From: Eubacteriales bacterium
GTDB taxonomy: Bacteria > Bacillota > Clostridia > Oscillospirales > CAG-272
DNA: 64,000 nt
Direction: 5' to 3'
NCBI GenBank assembly: GCA_045644805.1
Contig: JAZRHO010000026.1
Coordinates: 1,483-65,482, forward strand
The translations under genes were made by a program, and so were the position numbers. Position 1 is the stretch's first letter. The number at the start of each line of letters is the position of its first letter. The notes under the pieces are model-generated. The model searched no databases. It was not told the origin of the DNA and saw nothing but the letters and a program-made list of their open reading frames with translations. Shown here piece after piece: positions 46,501-54,751 of this stretch.

Positions 46501-47091
46501 CATCGGAACAAGTATCATTTCTTCGTACTTCTCTGCTTTAAGCACTCCGGGGAGAAGATATCTAACCGTAGTATCGCCGAGAGTGTAGTTTACTCTTATA
46601 CCGCTGCTTATGTATTCGGTAGTGATTTGACCGCGCTCAGCAGCCCACTCTGATGAACTGTAAACATTGGGCGTACTCGTTGCAATAACAGAGAAATTAA
46701 TATTAAGCTGGCTTAACAGTTCTCTGTTTGTCTTCTCTGAGTTAGCGGTATAATACCATGGATTACTTGTAAGTATCTGACCTGTAACTCTGTTTTGATA
46801 ATAAAGAACTCCTGTATATGCATTTACATATATAGCATATTTTCCATCAGCGGATACGAGAGGTCTCAAATATCCAAGAGAATTTTCGTATATCAGCATT
46901 TCTTCCGCTGTTTTGAAGTTATACGTGGTATATACCTCAGTTACATACGCGGAAACATCATCAGGTGAATTCAAAGAATTCTCTGTGTTTGCGATATATG
47001 CCGCATCAGCTTTAGTTGGAAACAGCACGAAAATGGAGCTGAACACCATAACGAGAGCTAAAGCAGACGATAATATTTTATTAAGTTTCAT
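43558..47091 (-). CDS. 1177-aa secreted protein of unknown function (possibly a DUF5696-type exoprotein)
   Basis: SPase-I type signal peptide (MKLNKILSSALALVMVFSSIFVLFPTKADA/AY) and a GGAGG RBS. I see no catalytic or binding motif by eye. The family name is a recollection, not a search result. Confidence 0.8.
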   Translation of the reverse strand: MKLNKILSSALALVMVFSSIFVLFPTKADAAYIANTENSLNSPDDVSAYVTEVYTTYNFKTAEEMLIYENSLGYLRPLVSADGKYAIYVNAYTGVLYYQNRVTGQILTSNPWYYTANSEKTNRELLSQLNINFSVIATSTPNVYSSSEWAAERGQITTEYISSGIRVNYTLGDTTVRYLLPGVLKAEKYEEMILVPMLQELCSLMEEHCAGADYNGEYNPFEYEEYSSQLYKDGYLYISGMRKYLSAMKTVYSKLPENSAGYKAISALHTDINTIMAYYTLKTSSDVYGIPVYELRKIEDNAVKSQASNLFRKYCGSYTLSEMLEDEEELGYVDKTQQKPVFTCSLEYSFNSDGSLCVRLPASSISFDETVYTLDSVSVLPYFGAGDLNEEGYIFYPDGSGAVSEFEDFASSRPHVTATVYGTDYCYSNITGEHREQITMPVFGLVTEDDANASTSLAYGVERVTNGYFAIIEEGASLANLEFVMGGLTYRFGHVYCSYTPYPADEYDLSETVSVGGAVSYKIVSESKYNGSYVTRYAMLTDEKVDNTVKSGYVSSYMGMVNYYRDYLYANGTLSALETVTDDMPLYIEVLGAMDIVKKILTFPVETSIPLTKFEDIATIYEELSGAVEIYTAKAAEYDKLAAESTEEYEKLQYAAAAQDCRDLVSQIQNITNINFRLTGFANGGLYSTYPTKIKWSRACGGKKGLRNLLETAESVSAKEGSNFGIYPDFDFSYINNTSASDGIRIKGNVSRMVDNRYASKQSYNSVLQEYESFYSLVVNPESFEELYSKFIKKYSKYEISAISVSTLGSDLNSNFDKKQPVNRDEAEGYVTAVLEKMSGTDNLDIMLDKGNAYSLKYADHILNANIDSSHLAYSSYTVPFVGMVLHGSVNYTGTPINYSGTTAYDILRAIESGASLYYILAFQSDNIGHMKEDELLSEYYGVDYSTWHDNILITYSELNSAIGGLQKCKITDHRIIKGERVIEVAEWEENYKLLIAEFVEELDALISARVHDEYEALKQSSEQWGCALKVNVDTEKLLKWFAQEINCVYDETAQRINLPDEIWELLRVSLDEVAAKYENEYNGNGGVNEKAVTIDAISYESEYSFVTDSFATDDSSDYKYTNYTSDIGNIVLVTYSDGTMFILNYNIYSVDVNLGGKIYTLGKYEYQTIKAEGGNE

Positions 47092-47108
47092 TCTATTTAC
47101 CTCCTGCT

Positions 47109-49271
47109 CTAAGCTCGGTTTGCGATTTCTGTTATTATGGACATTACGAACATTACCATCTTAGCAAGAAGGCTTGAGAACAGTATTGCAACGAACATAA
47201 TTACTACCATCGCAACTATTGTACAAATAACGATAAGAAGGTTCTTTGAAAGTGCGTAATCGTGAATTACGAGAGTTCCGAAGAACAGAAGGAATGCAAC
47301 CCAGATATAACCAAACGTTACAAGAAGGTTAACCATAGAGCCTTCGGAAGCTGTAAGAACATTCGTAAGAACCGTAGAAATAATTACAAGAAGAGGAAGG
47401 GGCGTGAGAGAATACGTAGTAGCAATGAAGATATCCTTAAAGCTTCCTTCACCTTCAAAGAGCGTTGTCAAACACCAGTTGCCTACACACCAAAGGAGTA
47501 CGGGAACACAAATAGCAGCTACCTGAACAAAAATGGTAATGTAGTTATCTCTGGGATTGAAGATATATCCGCGACCTACGGACTGATAGAAGAACGCGAT
47601 TATTGTTACTGCCATAATTGTCAGACCGCCTCTTACAGAGCCACGCTTTTCATGCTTAAGATCCCAGAATCCGTCAAACGGATGCATCCATACATGGAAT
47701 GCGTAAAGAAGCTCTTCAAGATAAGTCTTCTTTCCGACCTTAAGAGATACTGCTTTGTTCTTCTTCTTTGCCCAACCAAGGAATTTAACAAATCCTACGA
47801 CAAGAGCAATCACAAGAATGATAATGGGAATGAGCCATCCTTTGCCAAGGAAATCTTTACGGGTTTCCGCAAATGCCTCGGAATACTGCTCGGTTTCATA
47901 TGCCATAGACAGCATTTCCATAGCGCCTTCATAATCACCTTGGCTGTAAAGAGCTTTACCGATACCGATATAAGCTAAGTCAAAGTTGTTGTTCTTTGTA
48001 AGAACTGCCTGCCAATAGGTTATAGACTCACTGTATTTATGCTCGTTCTGGTTGCGAAGAGCTGCCATGATAGTATCACAATACTCTGTTGGTGAATATA
48101 CCGTAATACGATATCCTAGAGTTGAATTATCAAGAGCAAGAAGGTAATTCGTACCGTCAACATAATGATATGTGATGGCAACCATATTAAAGCCCTGACC
48201 AAGCTGGCTACCTACGTTACTGAACTTACCGCCGTCGCCAAATGCAAACAGAAGGTTACCGTTCTGGTCATAGGTGAATATACGGGAACGGTGATTATCA
48301 AGAATAGACCATGAGCCCTCTTGACCGACAGCAACGACGACAATGCTTGAAACACCTGCATTGCTTCCGTTGACCGCAACCTCTCCGCCCGGATCAAAGA
48401 ATCCGTTACGCTTCATTATCTCATCGCCTGCAGAGTTAAGCTTTTTAACAGGCGAATACGTAGCAGACTTTGATTTAATAGCAGCAGCTTGCTTCAATTG
48501 GTCAAGCTTATTGTTCGTTATATAAACGAAACCGTCTTCATCAATGGTGATATTGTTATAAGAAACAGAAACGTTAGATGCCTGGCTGGCTCTTTGCTCC
48601 GGACTTTGGAATCTTCTCCAAATCATCTGAATAATAGAGTACGTAGCGCGCTGAGCACCGATAAATCCTGTAAAGTCACCGTCGCTTGACATTACGATAA
48701 CGCCTTCATAACAAGACTTAGATACTACGAAAATTCTTCCGTATTGGTCTACAGCTATCGAAGTAGGTGAAAACGCCTCCGACGAAAGAAGAGCAGACTC
48801 AGGTTTGTTAAGCGTCTTTACATAAGAGTATCCGTTCACTCTGTCAAATACTACGATTCTTGAGTTACCCGTATCGCATACGTAAACGAGGCCGTCTCTT
48901 GCAAATACGCCTTGAGGAGCAGACAATTTCTGTTCTCTGCCATATTCATCGACGTATTTGTCAATAGTAGCGATATAGGAGTAATACTTGTTAAGCACAA
49001 CTATTCTGTTATTTGCTGTATCCGCTATGTAAACATTGGAAACTTCATCAGTCTCTAAGTCGGATACTTCATTACCAAGGGATACTTTAAGACCCATATC
49101 GTTAGAATCTACAACGATATTGGGATCATAGGCGGTAGGCGACATAAGAGGCTCACCGTCTATTGAATAGGTATACGTATCATAAGCACTGTATGCCGAG
49201 GAATAAACGGTTCCGAAGAGCATCACGAGTACCAATGAAAGAATCAAAATCTTTGCAATTTTACTTTTCAT
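47109..49271 (-). CDS. Signal peptide - NHL-repeat beta-propeller - TPR - Yip1-type polytopic membrane domain fusion protein
   Basis: NHL-like blades (ADTANNRIVVLNK, CDTGNSRIVVFDR, IAVDQYGRIFVV, DEDGFVYITNN, HRSRIFTYDQNGNLLFAFG). TPR-like YIGIGKALYSQGDYEGAMEMLSMAY. Then about 6 TM helices with a Yip1-like pattern. Confidence 0.8.
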   Translation of the reverse strand: MKSKIAKILILSLVLVMLFGTVYSSAYSAYDTYTYSIDGEPLMSPTAYDPNIVVDSNDMGLKVSLGNEVSDLETDEVSNVYIADTANNRIVVLNKYYSYIATIDKYVDEYGREQKLSAPQGVFARDGLVYVCDTGNSRIVVFDRVNGYSYVKTLNKPESALLSSEAFSPTSIAVDQYGRIFVVSKSCYEGVIVMSSDGDFTGFIGAQRATYSIIQMIWRRFQSPEQRASQASNVSVSYNNITIDEDGFVYITNNKLDQLKQAAAIKSKSATYSPVKKLNSAGDEIMKRNGFFDPGGEVAVNGSNAGVSSIVVVAVGQEGSWSILDNHRSRIFTYDQNGNLLFAFGDGGKFSNVGSQLGQGFNMVAITYHYVDGTNYLLALDNSTLGYRITVYSPTEYCDTIMAALRNQNEHKYSESITYWQAVLTKNNNFDLAYIGIGKALYSQGDYEGAMEMLSMAYETEQYSEAFAETRKDFLGKGWLIPIIILVIALVVGFVKFLGWAKKKNKAVSLKVGKKTYLEELLYAFHVWMHPFDGFWDLKHEKRGSVRGGLTIMAVTIIAFFYQSVGRGYIFNPRDNYITIFVQVAAICVPVLLWCVGNWCLTTLFEGEGSFKDIFIATTYSLTPLPLLVIISTVLTNVLTASEGSMVNLLVTFGYIWVAFLLFFGTLVIHDYALSKNLLIVICTIVAMVVIMFVAILFSSLLAKMVMFVMSIITEIANRA

Positions 49272-49281
49272 TTTGCCCTCC

Positions 49282-50157
49282 TTAATCCTTCATACCCGAA
49301 GATCCCATCGTTTCGATAATCTGGCTCTGGTTAAGCACGAATACCAAAATAGGAACGAGCATCATAACAACCGTAGATGCAGCGCCTGCACCTGAACGTG
49401 CAATACCACCCGAAAGAATCTGAGAAATCGCGTAGTTGAAGGTTTTTAATTCCTCTGAATGAATGTAAATGGATGAGCCTGTGTTCCAAAGGTTCTTGAA
49501 GCACTCAATAATAAGAGTCAACCATGCGGGTTTAACCATGGGCATTGCGATAATCAAATAAGTTCTGAACTCGCTTGCTCCGTCAAGACGCGCAGACTCA
49601 AGAACAGTATCAGGAACCGATGTCTCCATAAACTGCTTCATAAGGTAAAGACCTATCGTCGTTGCCATAGACGGAACTATAATAGCAAGATAGGAATCTA
49701 TCCAACCGAATGCGGAAAGAATGATGAAGTGCGTTACCTGGTTAACTGTGGAGTGGAACATAAGAGATGCAACTATGATTTTGAATATGGCATTTCTTCC
49801 GGGGAAACGAAGCTTAGCCAATGAATAAGCAGCCATAGATGCAAATATAAGGTTACCTACAGTACCGCAAAGAGTGATGAACACAGTGTTGAAAATATAT
49901 CTTGAGAACGGTACCCAAGAGTCACCCATGAGTGTAAACAAATCTGAGAAGTTCTCAAGAGTCGGCTTCATAACGTAAAACTTAGGTGGGAACATGAAGA
50001 GCTCATCGAGAGGCTTCAAGGATTGAACTATAACGTAGTACATGGGCAGGAACATGAACAGACCGAAAATCGTAAGCAATATGGTTATACCCACATCGCC
50101 TCCGGCTGAACGGTTTAAAACGACTCGGTGGCCTCTGGTTCTTAATTTTTTCGCCAT
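49282..50157 (-). CDS. Carbohydrate ABC transporter permease (MalG-like), pair 1
   Basis: EAA loop LESARLDGASEFRTYLIIAMPMVKP. The ATG at 50157 (TGAtATG with the upstream stop) is preferred; the GTG at 50166 is an alternative. Confidence 0.88.
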   Translation of the reverse strand: MAKKLRTRGHRVVLNRSAGGDVGITILLTIFGLFMFLPMYYVIVQSLKPLDELFMFPPKFYVMKPTLENFSDLFTLMGDSWVPFSRYIFNTVFITLCGTVGNLIFASMAAYSLAKLRFPGRNAIFKIIVASLMFHSTVNQVTHFIILSAFGWIDSYLAIIVPSMATTIGLYLMKQFMETSVPDTVLESARLDGASEFRTYLIIAMPMVKPAWLTLIIECFKNLWNTGSSIYIHSEELKTFNYAISQILSGGIARSGAGAASTVVMMLVPILVFVLNQSQIIETMGSSGMKD

Positions 50158-50158
50158 A

Positions 50159-51109
50159 TCACTCACCTACCTTCGAAAGGGCCTTCTTAATAATGTTATT
50201 TGAAGCGTACATTATTACAAATAAGACCACGGCTATTGCGGAAGCATAACCTATTTCATAACGCGCACCGCCATAGTCATCAAGATGGTGCATTATTGTA
50301 TGCGCTGCATAGTCGACCGACGGGAATCCGCAAAGTGCGGTAACTACCGATCCGAAGACGAAAGAGTTGGTAATAGCAAGAACCGCACCGAACATCATCT
50401 GAGGACGCATGGTAGGAAGGGTTATGTACCAAAGCTCCTGCCAACGGTTTTTGATACCGTCAACCGCAGCCGCTTCGTAAAGAGAACGGTCAATAGTCTG
50501 GAATCCTGCTATGAAGGACAGGAACGCAGTACCAAGAGACGTCCAAAGAGCAACTACTATACAAAGAGGCATTACGTAATCCGCATCCTCAAACCACAAC
50601 ACAGCCTCGGATATAATTCCAAGGTCAATAAGAGTTGCGTTTACCCAACCGTACGAGTCGGACGAGAAGAGCGTCTTCCATATAAGGTATACGTTACCTG
50701 ATATCGAAGGAGCATAGAATATAAGAGTTACTACAGCACGAAGCTTGGGGGGAAGCTCGTTTATGAACCACGCGATAAGCAGCGAAAGAAGGTATGATAC
50801 AGGACCTGTTATTGCCGCGAATATCAACGTGTTCTGACAAGCGAGAAGGAATATATCGTCATCAAAGAATAGACGGGTAAAGTTGTCGATTCCCACAAGA
50901 TGGGGCATCTGCAACATGTTAAAGTCCGTAAAACTCAAAATCATCGAAAGGAAAACCGGAAGAATGGTAAAGATGATGAACAAAAGGAAGAACGGTGCAA
51001 GCATGAAATATGCCGTCTTATTGTTTTTCATCTCTTCCCAGGTCCAACGGAGCTTCGACACTTCAGAGCGTTTTACAGGACGAGTTGTCTCTGCATTAGT
51101 CTGTGACAT
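50159..51109 (-). CDS. Sugar ABC transporter permease (MalF-like), pair 1
   Basis: EAA loop YEAAAVDGIKNRWQELWYITLPTMRP. AAGGAG RBS. Confidence 0.88.
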   Translation of the reverse strand: MSQTNAETTRPVKRSEVSKLRWTWEEMKNNKTAYFMLAPFFLLFIIFTILPVFLSMILSFTDFNMLQMPHLVGIDNFTRLFFDDDIFLLACQNTLIFAAITGPVSYLLSLLIAWFINELPPKLRAVVTLIFYAPSISGNVYLIWKTLFSSDSYGWVNATLIDLGIISEAVLWFEDADYVMPLCIVVALWTSLGTAFLSFIAGFQTIDRSLYEAAAVDGIKNRWQELWYITLPTMRPQMMFGAVLAITNSFVFGSVVTALCGFPSVDYAAHTIMHHLDDYGGARYEIGYASAIAVVLFVIMYASNNIIKKALSKVGE

Positions 51110-51144
51110 TTATGTATCTCCTTATAAAATCTCGAATTATTACA

Positions 51145-54100
51145 CTATTCAATCGGTAAAGGATCGCCGATCTCAAGATTAAACTCAAGTCTCTTGCGCT
51201 CAATCTCGGCATTAATATCGTCGATGTATCCCGTCATAGCGTCAATCGGATCCGCACCGTCGTTTACAACGTCAAGGAATGCAAACTTGGTATATCTGCC
51301 TATAATATAAGATCCGGGGTAGTTAACTATGGAAGAAAGAGAACTCATCTGCTCCATGATAGCCGCCTTTTCGCTCGCGGTCCATGAAAGGTCGTTAAGA
51401 GCCTTAAGGTTAGCAGATTCATACTTAGCCGAAGGTCCGATTAGCGCAACCATTCTGTTACCGTACTCGGACTGAACCTTTGCACTGGTTTCCCACTGCA
51501 TAAACTGCCATGCGGCAAGTACGTCATCACAACCGTGAAGCATTACCGTTGCTCCGATACCTGCAAGAGAGTCATAGTTGAATATCTTGTTGCCTTCAGC
51601 ATCAAGCTTGTAATTACCGTCGGAGTCAAGCACGTAGCTTCCGGGAAGCGAGGTAAACTCCCAAAGACCGGATATTTCGGTAGCATATACAACAAGCTGG
51701 TTGTATATTCCTGCATAATCACCGATAATTATGGGCATTTCACCCGTTCTGAAACGGTTAGCCGCATCATAGCTTACAGGGAATGAATAGTCACTGTACA
51801 AACGGCAGACATAGTCAAATGCCTCAAGAGCAATCGTTGAATCAAGGTCTACCTTTGATCCGGCATAGTCTTCATTATCGGTATATTTCCACATGTTACC
51901 GCCCTTCTGATAAATCATAAAGTCGATAGCGGAGATATAGTTTACACCAATAGACATATTGTTTGACTGAAGCACAGGCAGAAGAGAAAGGAGCTCATCC
52001 CATGATTCGGGAACCTCTTCTCCAAGCTCCGCAAGAACGTCCATACGATAGAACATCATAGCAAAGCTCATAGTCTGCGGAATACCGTACGTAGTTCCGA
52101 GAAGTCTTATGGTATCCATAGCTGCCGGTGCGAAATTATCCGCGATTACATCTTCAAAGGAGTTGGATACGAACGAGAGTCCGTCTTCACCCTTATATTC
52201 TGTTGTAGGCTCAAGATAATTTCCGTCAGCGTCTTTATATGTATAATAAGTGGAAGAAAAAATTTCGTTGTATTTACTGTATTTGCTGTCCTCGGAGTAA
52301 GTACCGCTTACACCCATAACAGCGTCTCTTATAGCATAATTGATTACGTCCGAAGCACCAAGTCCCATATAAACGTCAGGACCCTTGCCCGAAAGAATTG
52401 AGGGAAGAAGCGTTCCGCCCGTTACCAGCTTTAATGTTACCGCAACACCTGTGGAGCTGGTAAAGCTTCCGTCAGCGTCGATAAGAGAACGCCAGATCTG
52501 AGACTGATCGCGTCCTGTAGCGAGCCATACGTCTACACTCTTTGTGGTTTCGTCAGGCTTTTCCTCAAGACCCATCAAGTCGTAGTCAACTATGAAGGAA
52601 TAGAAGAAGGAGCTTATTTCAAATCCTACTGACTTAAAGAAGCCTGCTTTTGCTCTTGGAATATCCTTTTCATTCGAGTCCGATGCGCAAATGTAAATAG
52701 AGTCCACGAGCATTGAGCTTGTCTTGGAATTATTTATCCACGTACCGAGAGTACCGAGATAAGACTTAAGTGTTGACATATTTGCCGCGATATAAATACC
52801 TTCGTCTGATCCCATCTTATCAAGAAGAATCGCTATTGTTTCAAGCGTTGCGGTATGAGAGCCCGCGCCTTCGCTGCAAAGGCTGTCAAGCTCATCCTTA
52901 ACCTTCATAAGCTCTTTAGCCTGCAAAAGAAGCTCGTAAAGAACCTCAGGCATTATTCCGCGGAAATCATAATCACGGTATTCATCGGGATCGTTACCCG
53001 TAAGCTGGAGTATCTTAAGGTAACAATCGTTTATCTTGTTCATTGAGTTCTCGACTCTCTGAATAAGCTCTTTAAGGCTTCCGAGAGAGCACTCGAGATA
53101 AATCGTATACTCTTCTCCTTCCTCGAAGTAGAACTCAAATGCATCGTGATTTGCATCGGTAATATAAGTAGACTGCCAATTCTTGTCGTATTTGAATTCG
53201 GCACTGTACGCATCCTTGAACGGAACCACCGGAGAATCTCCGTAATCTCCGCCCGAAAGCTTAATCGTACGGCAAACGTACATACCCTGAAGAGCCGTCT
53301 GCTTGTATCTCATGCCTATCTTGTAGAAGCCGGACTGATTTACCGTGAAATTGTACGCAGCCCACTGTCCTACGGTATTATAGCTGTTCTCGCCTATTAC
53401 GTTGTAAAGCTGAGATTTTGAAATGGAGGGATAAGTTTCTGCCGATGAGTTATCATTCGTAGCATAAACAGAGGAGTCTGATACGTAATCAGGGAATTCA
53501 GCCTCAATTCTGATAGGAGCTACATCTTCCTTCGATACGGAAGTATCACCGTATTTTGCTTTTGCATCGGCAATGTACTGCTCATAGGATTTGAGCGCCG
53601 TCAAATCGGAATTGCTTACCGGAACAAGCTCCACAGACGCAATTATCATAGGCTCTCTTATTGCTTCAAGGGTAATTGTACGAGTACCGTTGAGCATATA
53701 GAAACAGAAGTAGCTGTGATAATCTTCGCCGATCTGATAGCCGGTATAATAACCTGTGTTATCCTGGCAATAATATGTGTTCCACTCCGGAACCTGAACT
53801 GCTTCCGGTGCCATCGAGTTACCGTTGATATCCTGCTTTATTCTGTGCTTTGTAACCGTTTTCTTTCCGTCCTTAACGACGGTAACAATTTTATATGAGC
53901 CGGCTTCCTCGCCATCCTTTTCTTTACCTGTGGCAATATGCTCATACTTCACGTCGTAAGAATCAGGCTCTCCGGGAACGTCAGTAGTATCAACGCTTAC
54001 TACATCATTGTATTCCCATGCCTTTGTAAACTCAAGGCTTCCTGCCTCGGAGAAAGGAAGCGTGCCGTCGATGAGAAGCTTTCTCTCGATTGAGCTTATA

Positions 54101-54564
54101 CTGCTCTCGGCGGTATCGCAGCTATAATAAACAATTTTGATGTAGTAAAGACCCACATCTTCCTCATCCAGAGTTACGGTCCATGTAGCCTTTCCGGATG
54201 CAGATATGTAAAGAGCGTTAGCTTTAACACTATCGTCAGCCTCGTTATAGGCCTTCCATGCCTCTCCGTTAAGTTCACACAGAGAGCTGTCCTTAACGTA
54301 TTCAACACCTGTTGTGTAATCCTTGTTCCACACGATGTCTAACGTATGGACCTTGGATCCCTTCCCTGCATCAGCATAGTCAGCGATATAATCCGCATAA
54401 GTAGTCGCTCCTACAAGAGACTCCATCTCTTCAAGAGTAGCAGCTGTACTATCAGGCTTTAGCTTTTCGCCATTCGCCGCAAATACGGAGACCGCAACTG
54501 CGCTGAACAAGGTTGCAACAGAAAGAACGAAGCATATCGCTTTCTGAAACAGTGACTTCTTCAT
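51145..54564 (-). CDS. Giant (1139 aa) extracellular solute-binding protein with two N-terminal CBM-like beta-sandwich modules
   Basis: SPase-I signal peptide without a lipobox. CBM6/35-like segments (ATWTVTLDEEDVGLYYIKIVYY; IRIEAEF...VGQWAAYNFTVNQSGFYKIGMRYK). The C-terminal ~500 aa have the SBP family-1 pattern (VDVWLATGRDQ..., PDVYMGLG, YGIPQT). Confidence 0.85.
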   Translation of the reverse strand: MKKSLFQKAICFVLSVATLFSAVAVSVFAANGEKLKPDSTAATLEEMESLVGATTYADYIADYADAGKGSKVHTLDIVWNKDYTTGVEYVKDSSLCELNGEAWKAYNEADDSVKANALYISASGKATWTVTLDEEDVGLYYIKIVYYSCDTAESSISSIERKLLIDGTLPFSEAGSLEFTKAWEYNDVVSVDTTDVPGEPDSYDVKYEHIATGKEKDGEEAGSYKIVTVVKDGKKTVTKHRIKQDINGNSMAPEAVQVPEWNTYYCQDNTGYYTGYQIGEDYHSYFCFYMLNGTRTITLEAIREPMIIASVELVPVSNSDLTALKSYEQYIADAKAKYGDTSVSKEDVAPIRIEAEFPDYVSDSSVYATNDNSSAETYPSISKSQLYNVIGENSYNTVGQWAAYNFTVNQSGFYKIGMRYKQTALQGMYVCRTIKLSGGDYGDSPVVPFKDAYSAEFKYDKNWQSTYITDANHDAFEFYFEEGEEYTIYLECSLGSLKELIQRVENSMNKINDCYLKILQLTGNDPDEYRDYDFRGIMPEVLYELLLQAKELMKVKDELDSLCSEGAGSHTATLETIAILLDKMGSDEGIYIAANMSTLKSYLGTLGTWINNSKTSSMLVDSIYICASDSNEKDIPRAKAGFFKSVGFEISSFFYSFIVDYDLMGLEEKPDETTKSVDVWLATGRDQSQIWRSLIDADGSFTSSTGVAVTLKLVTGGTLLPSILSGKGPDVYMGLGASDVINYAIRDAVMGVSGTYSEDSKYSKYNEIFSSTYYTYKDADGNYLEPTTEYKGEDGLSFVSNSFEDVIADNFAPAAMDTIRLLGTTYGIPQTMSFAMMFYRMDVLAELGEEVPESWDELLSLLPVLQSNNMSIGVNYISAIDFMIYQKGGNMWKYTDNEDYAGSKVDLDSTIALEAFDYVCRLYSDYSFPVSYDAANRFRTGEMPIIIGDYAGIYNQLVVYATEISGLWEFTSLPGSYVLDSDGNYKLDAEGNKIFNYDSLAGIGATVMLHGCDDVLAAWQFMQWETSAKVQSEYGNRMVALIGPSAKYESANLKALNDLSWTASEKAAIMEQMSSLSSIVNYPGSYIIGRYTKFAFLDVVNDGADPIDAMTGYIDDINAEIERKRLEFNLEIGDPLPIE

Positions 54565-54595
54565 GAAATAATTTCCTCCAAGAAATTTTTATTTC

Positions 54596-54620
54596 GCCCG
54601 CAACAGAACGCAATGCGGGC
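54596..54620 (-). promoter_or_regulatory. 5'-UTR stem-loop of the ABC operon transcript
   Basis: gcccgca / tgcgggc is a 7-bp GC-rich stem with an 11-nt loop. It sits about 8-32 nt downstream of the predicted TSS and 25 nt upstream of the SD. Confidence 0.5.
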
Positions 54621-54634
54621 TTTTGATAACACAG

Positions 54635-54663
54635 ATTATAGCATATTAATTTAAAAATGTCAA
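54635..54663 (-). promoter_or_regulatory. Perfect-consensus sigma-A promoter of the seven-gene ABC operon
   Basis: Minus strand: TTGACA (54663-54658), exactly 17 nt, TATAAT (54640-54635). Confidence 0.75.
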
Positions 54664-54737
54664 GGAATCTGTTTTTTAGCATTTTTGGCATATTTTATAA
54701 AAAAAATCATCTTTTTTTGGCAGCAAAACTTTTTTTA

Positions 54738-54751
54738 TAAACTATAGTTTA
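54738..54751. promoter_or_regulatory. 14-bp perfect palindrome upstream of the ABC operon promoter (operator/activator-site candidate)
   Basis: TAAACTATAGTTTA, centred about 85 bp upstream of the -35 element. Confidence 0.3.

Noticed and set aside
54686-54735. Sigma-54 promoter suggested by two TTTTTGGCA motifs.
   Set aside because: No TTGC(A/T) element lies at the required 4-5 nt spacing after either TGGCA. The motifs are also on the strand opposite to the operon.
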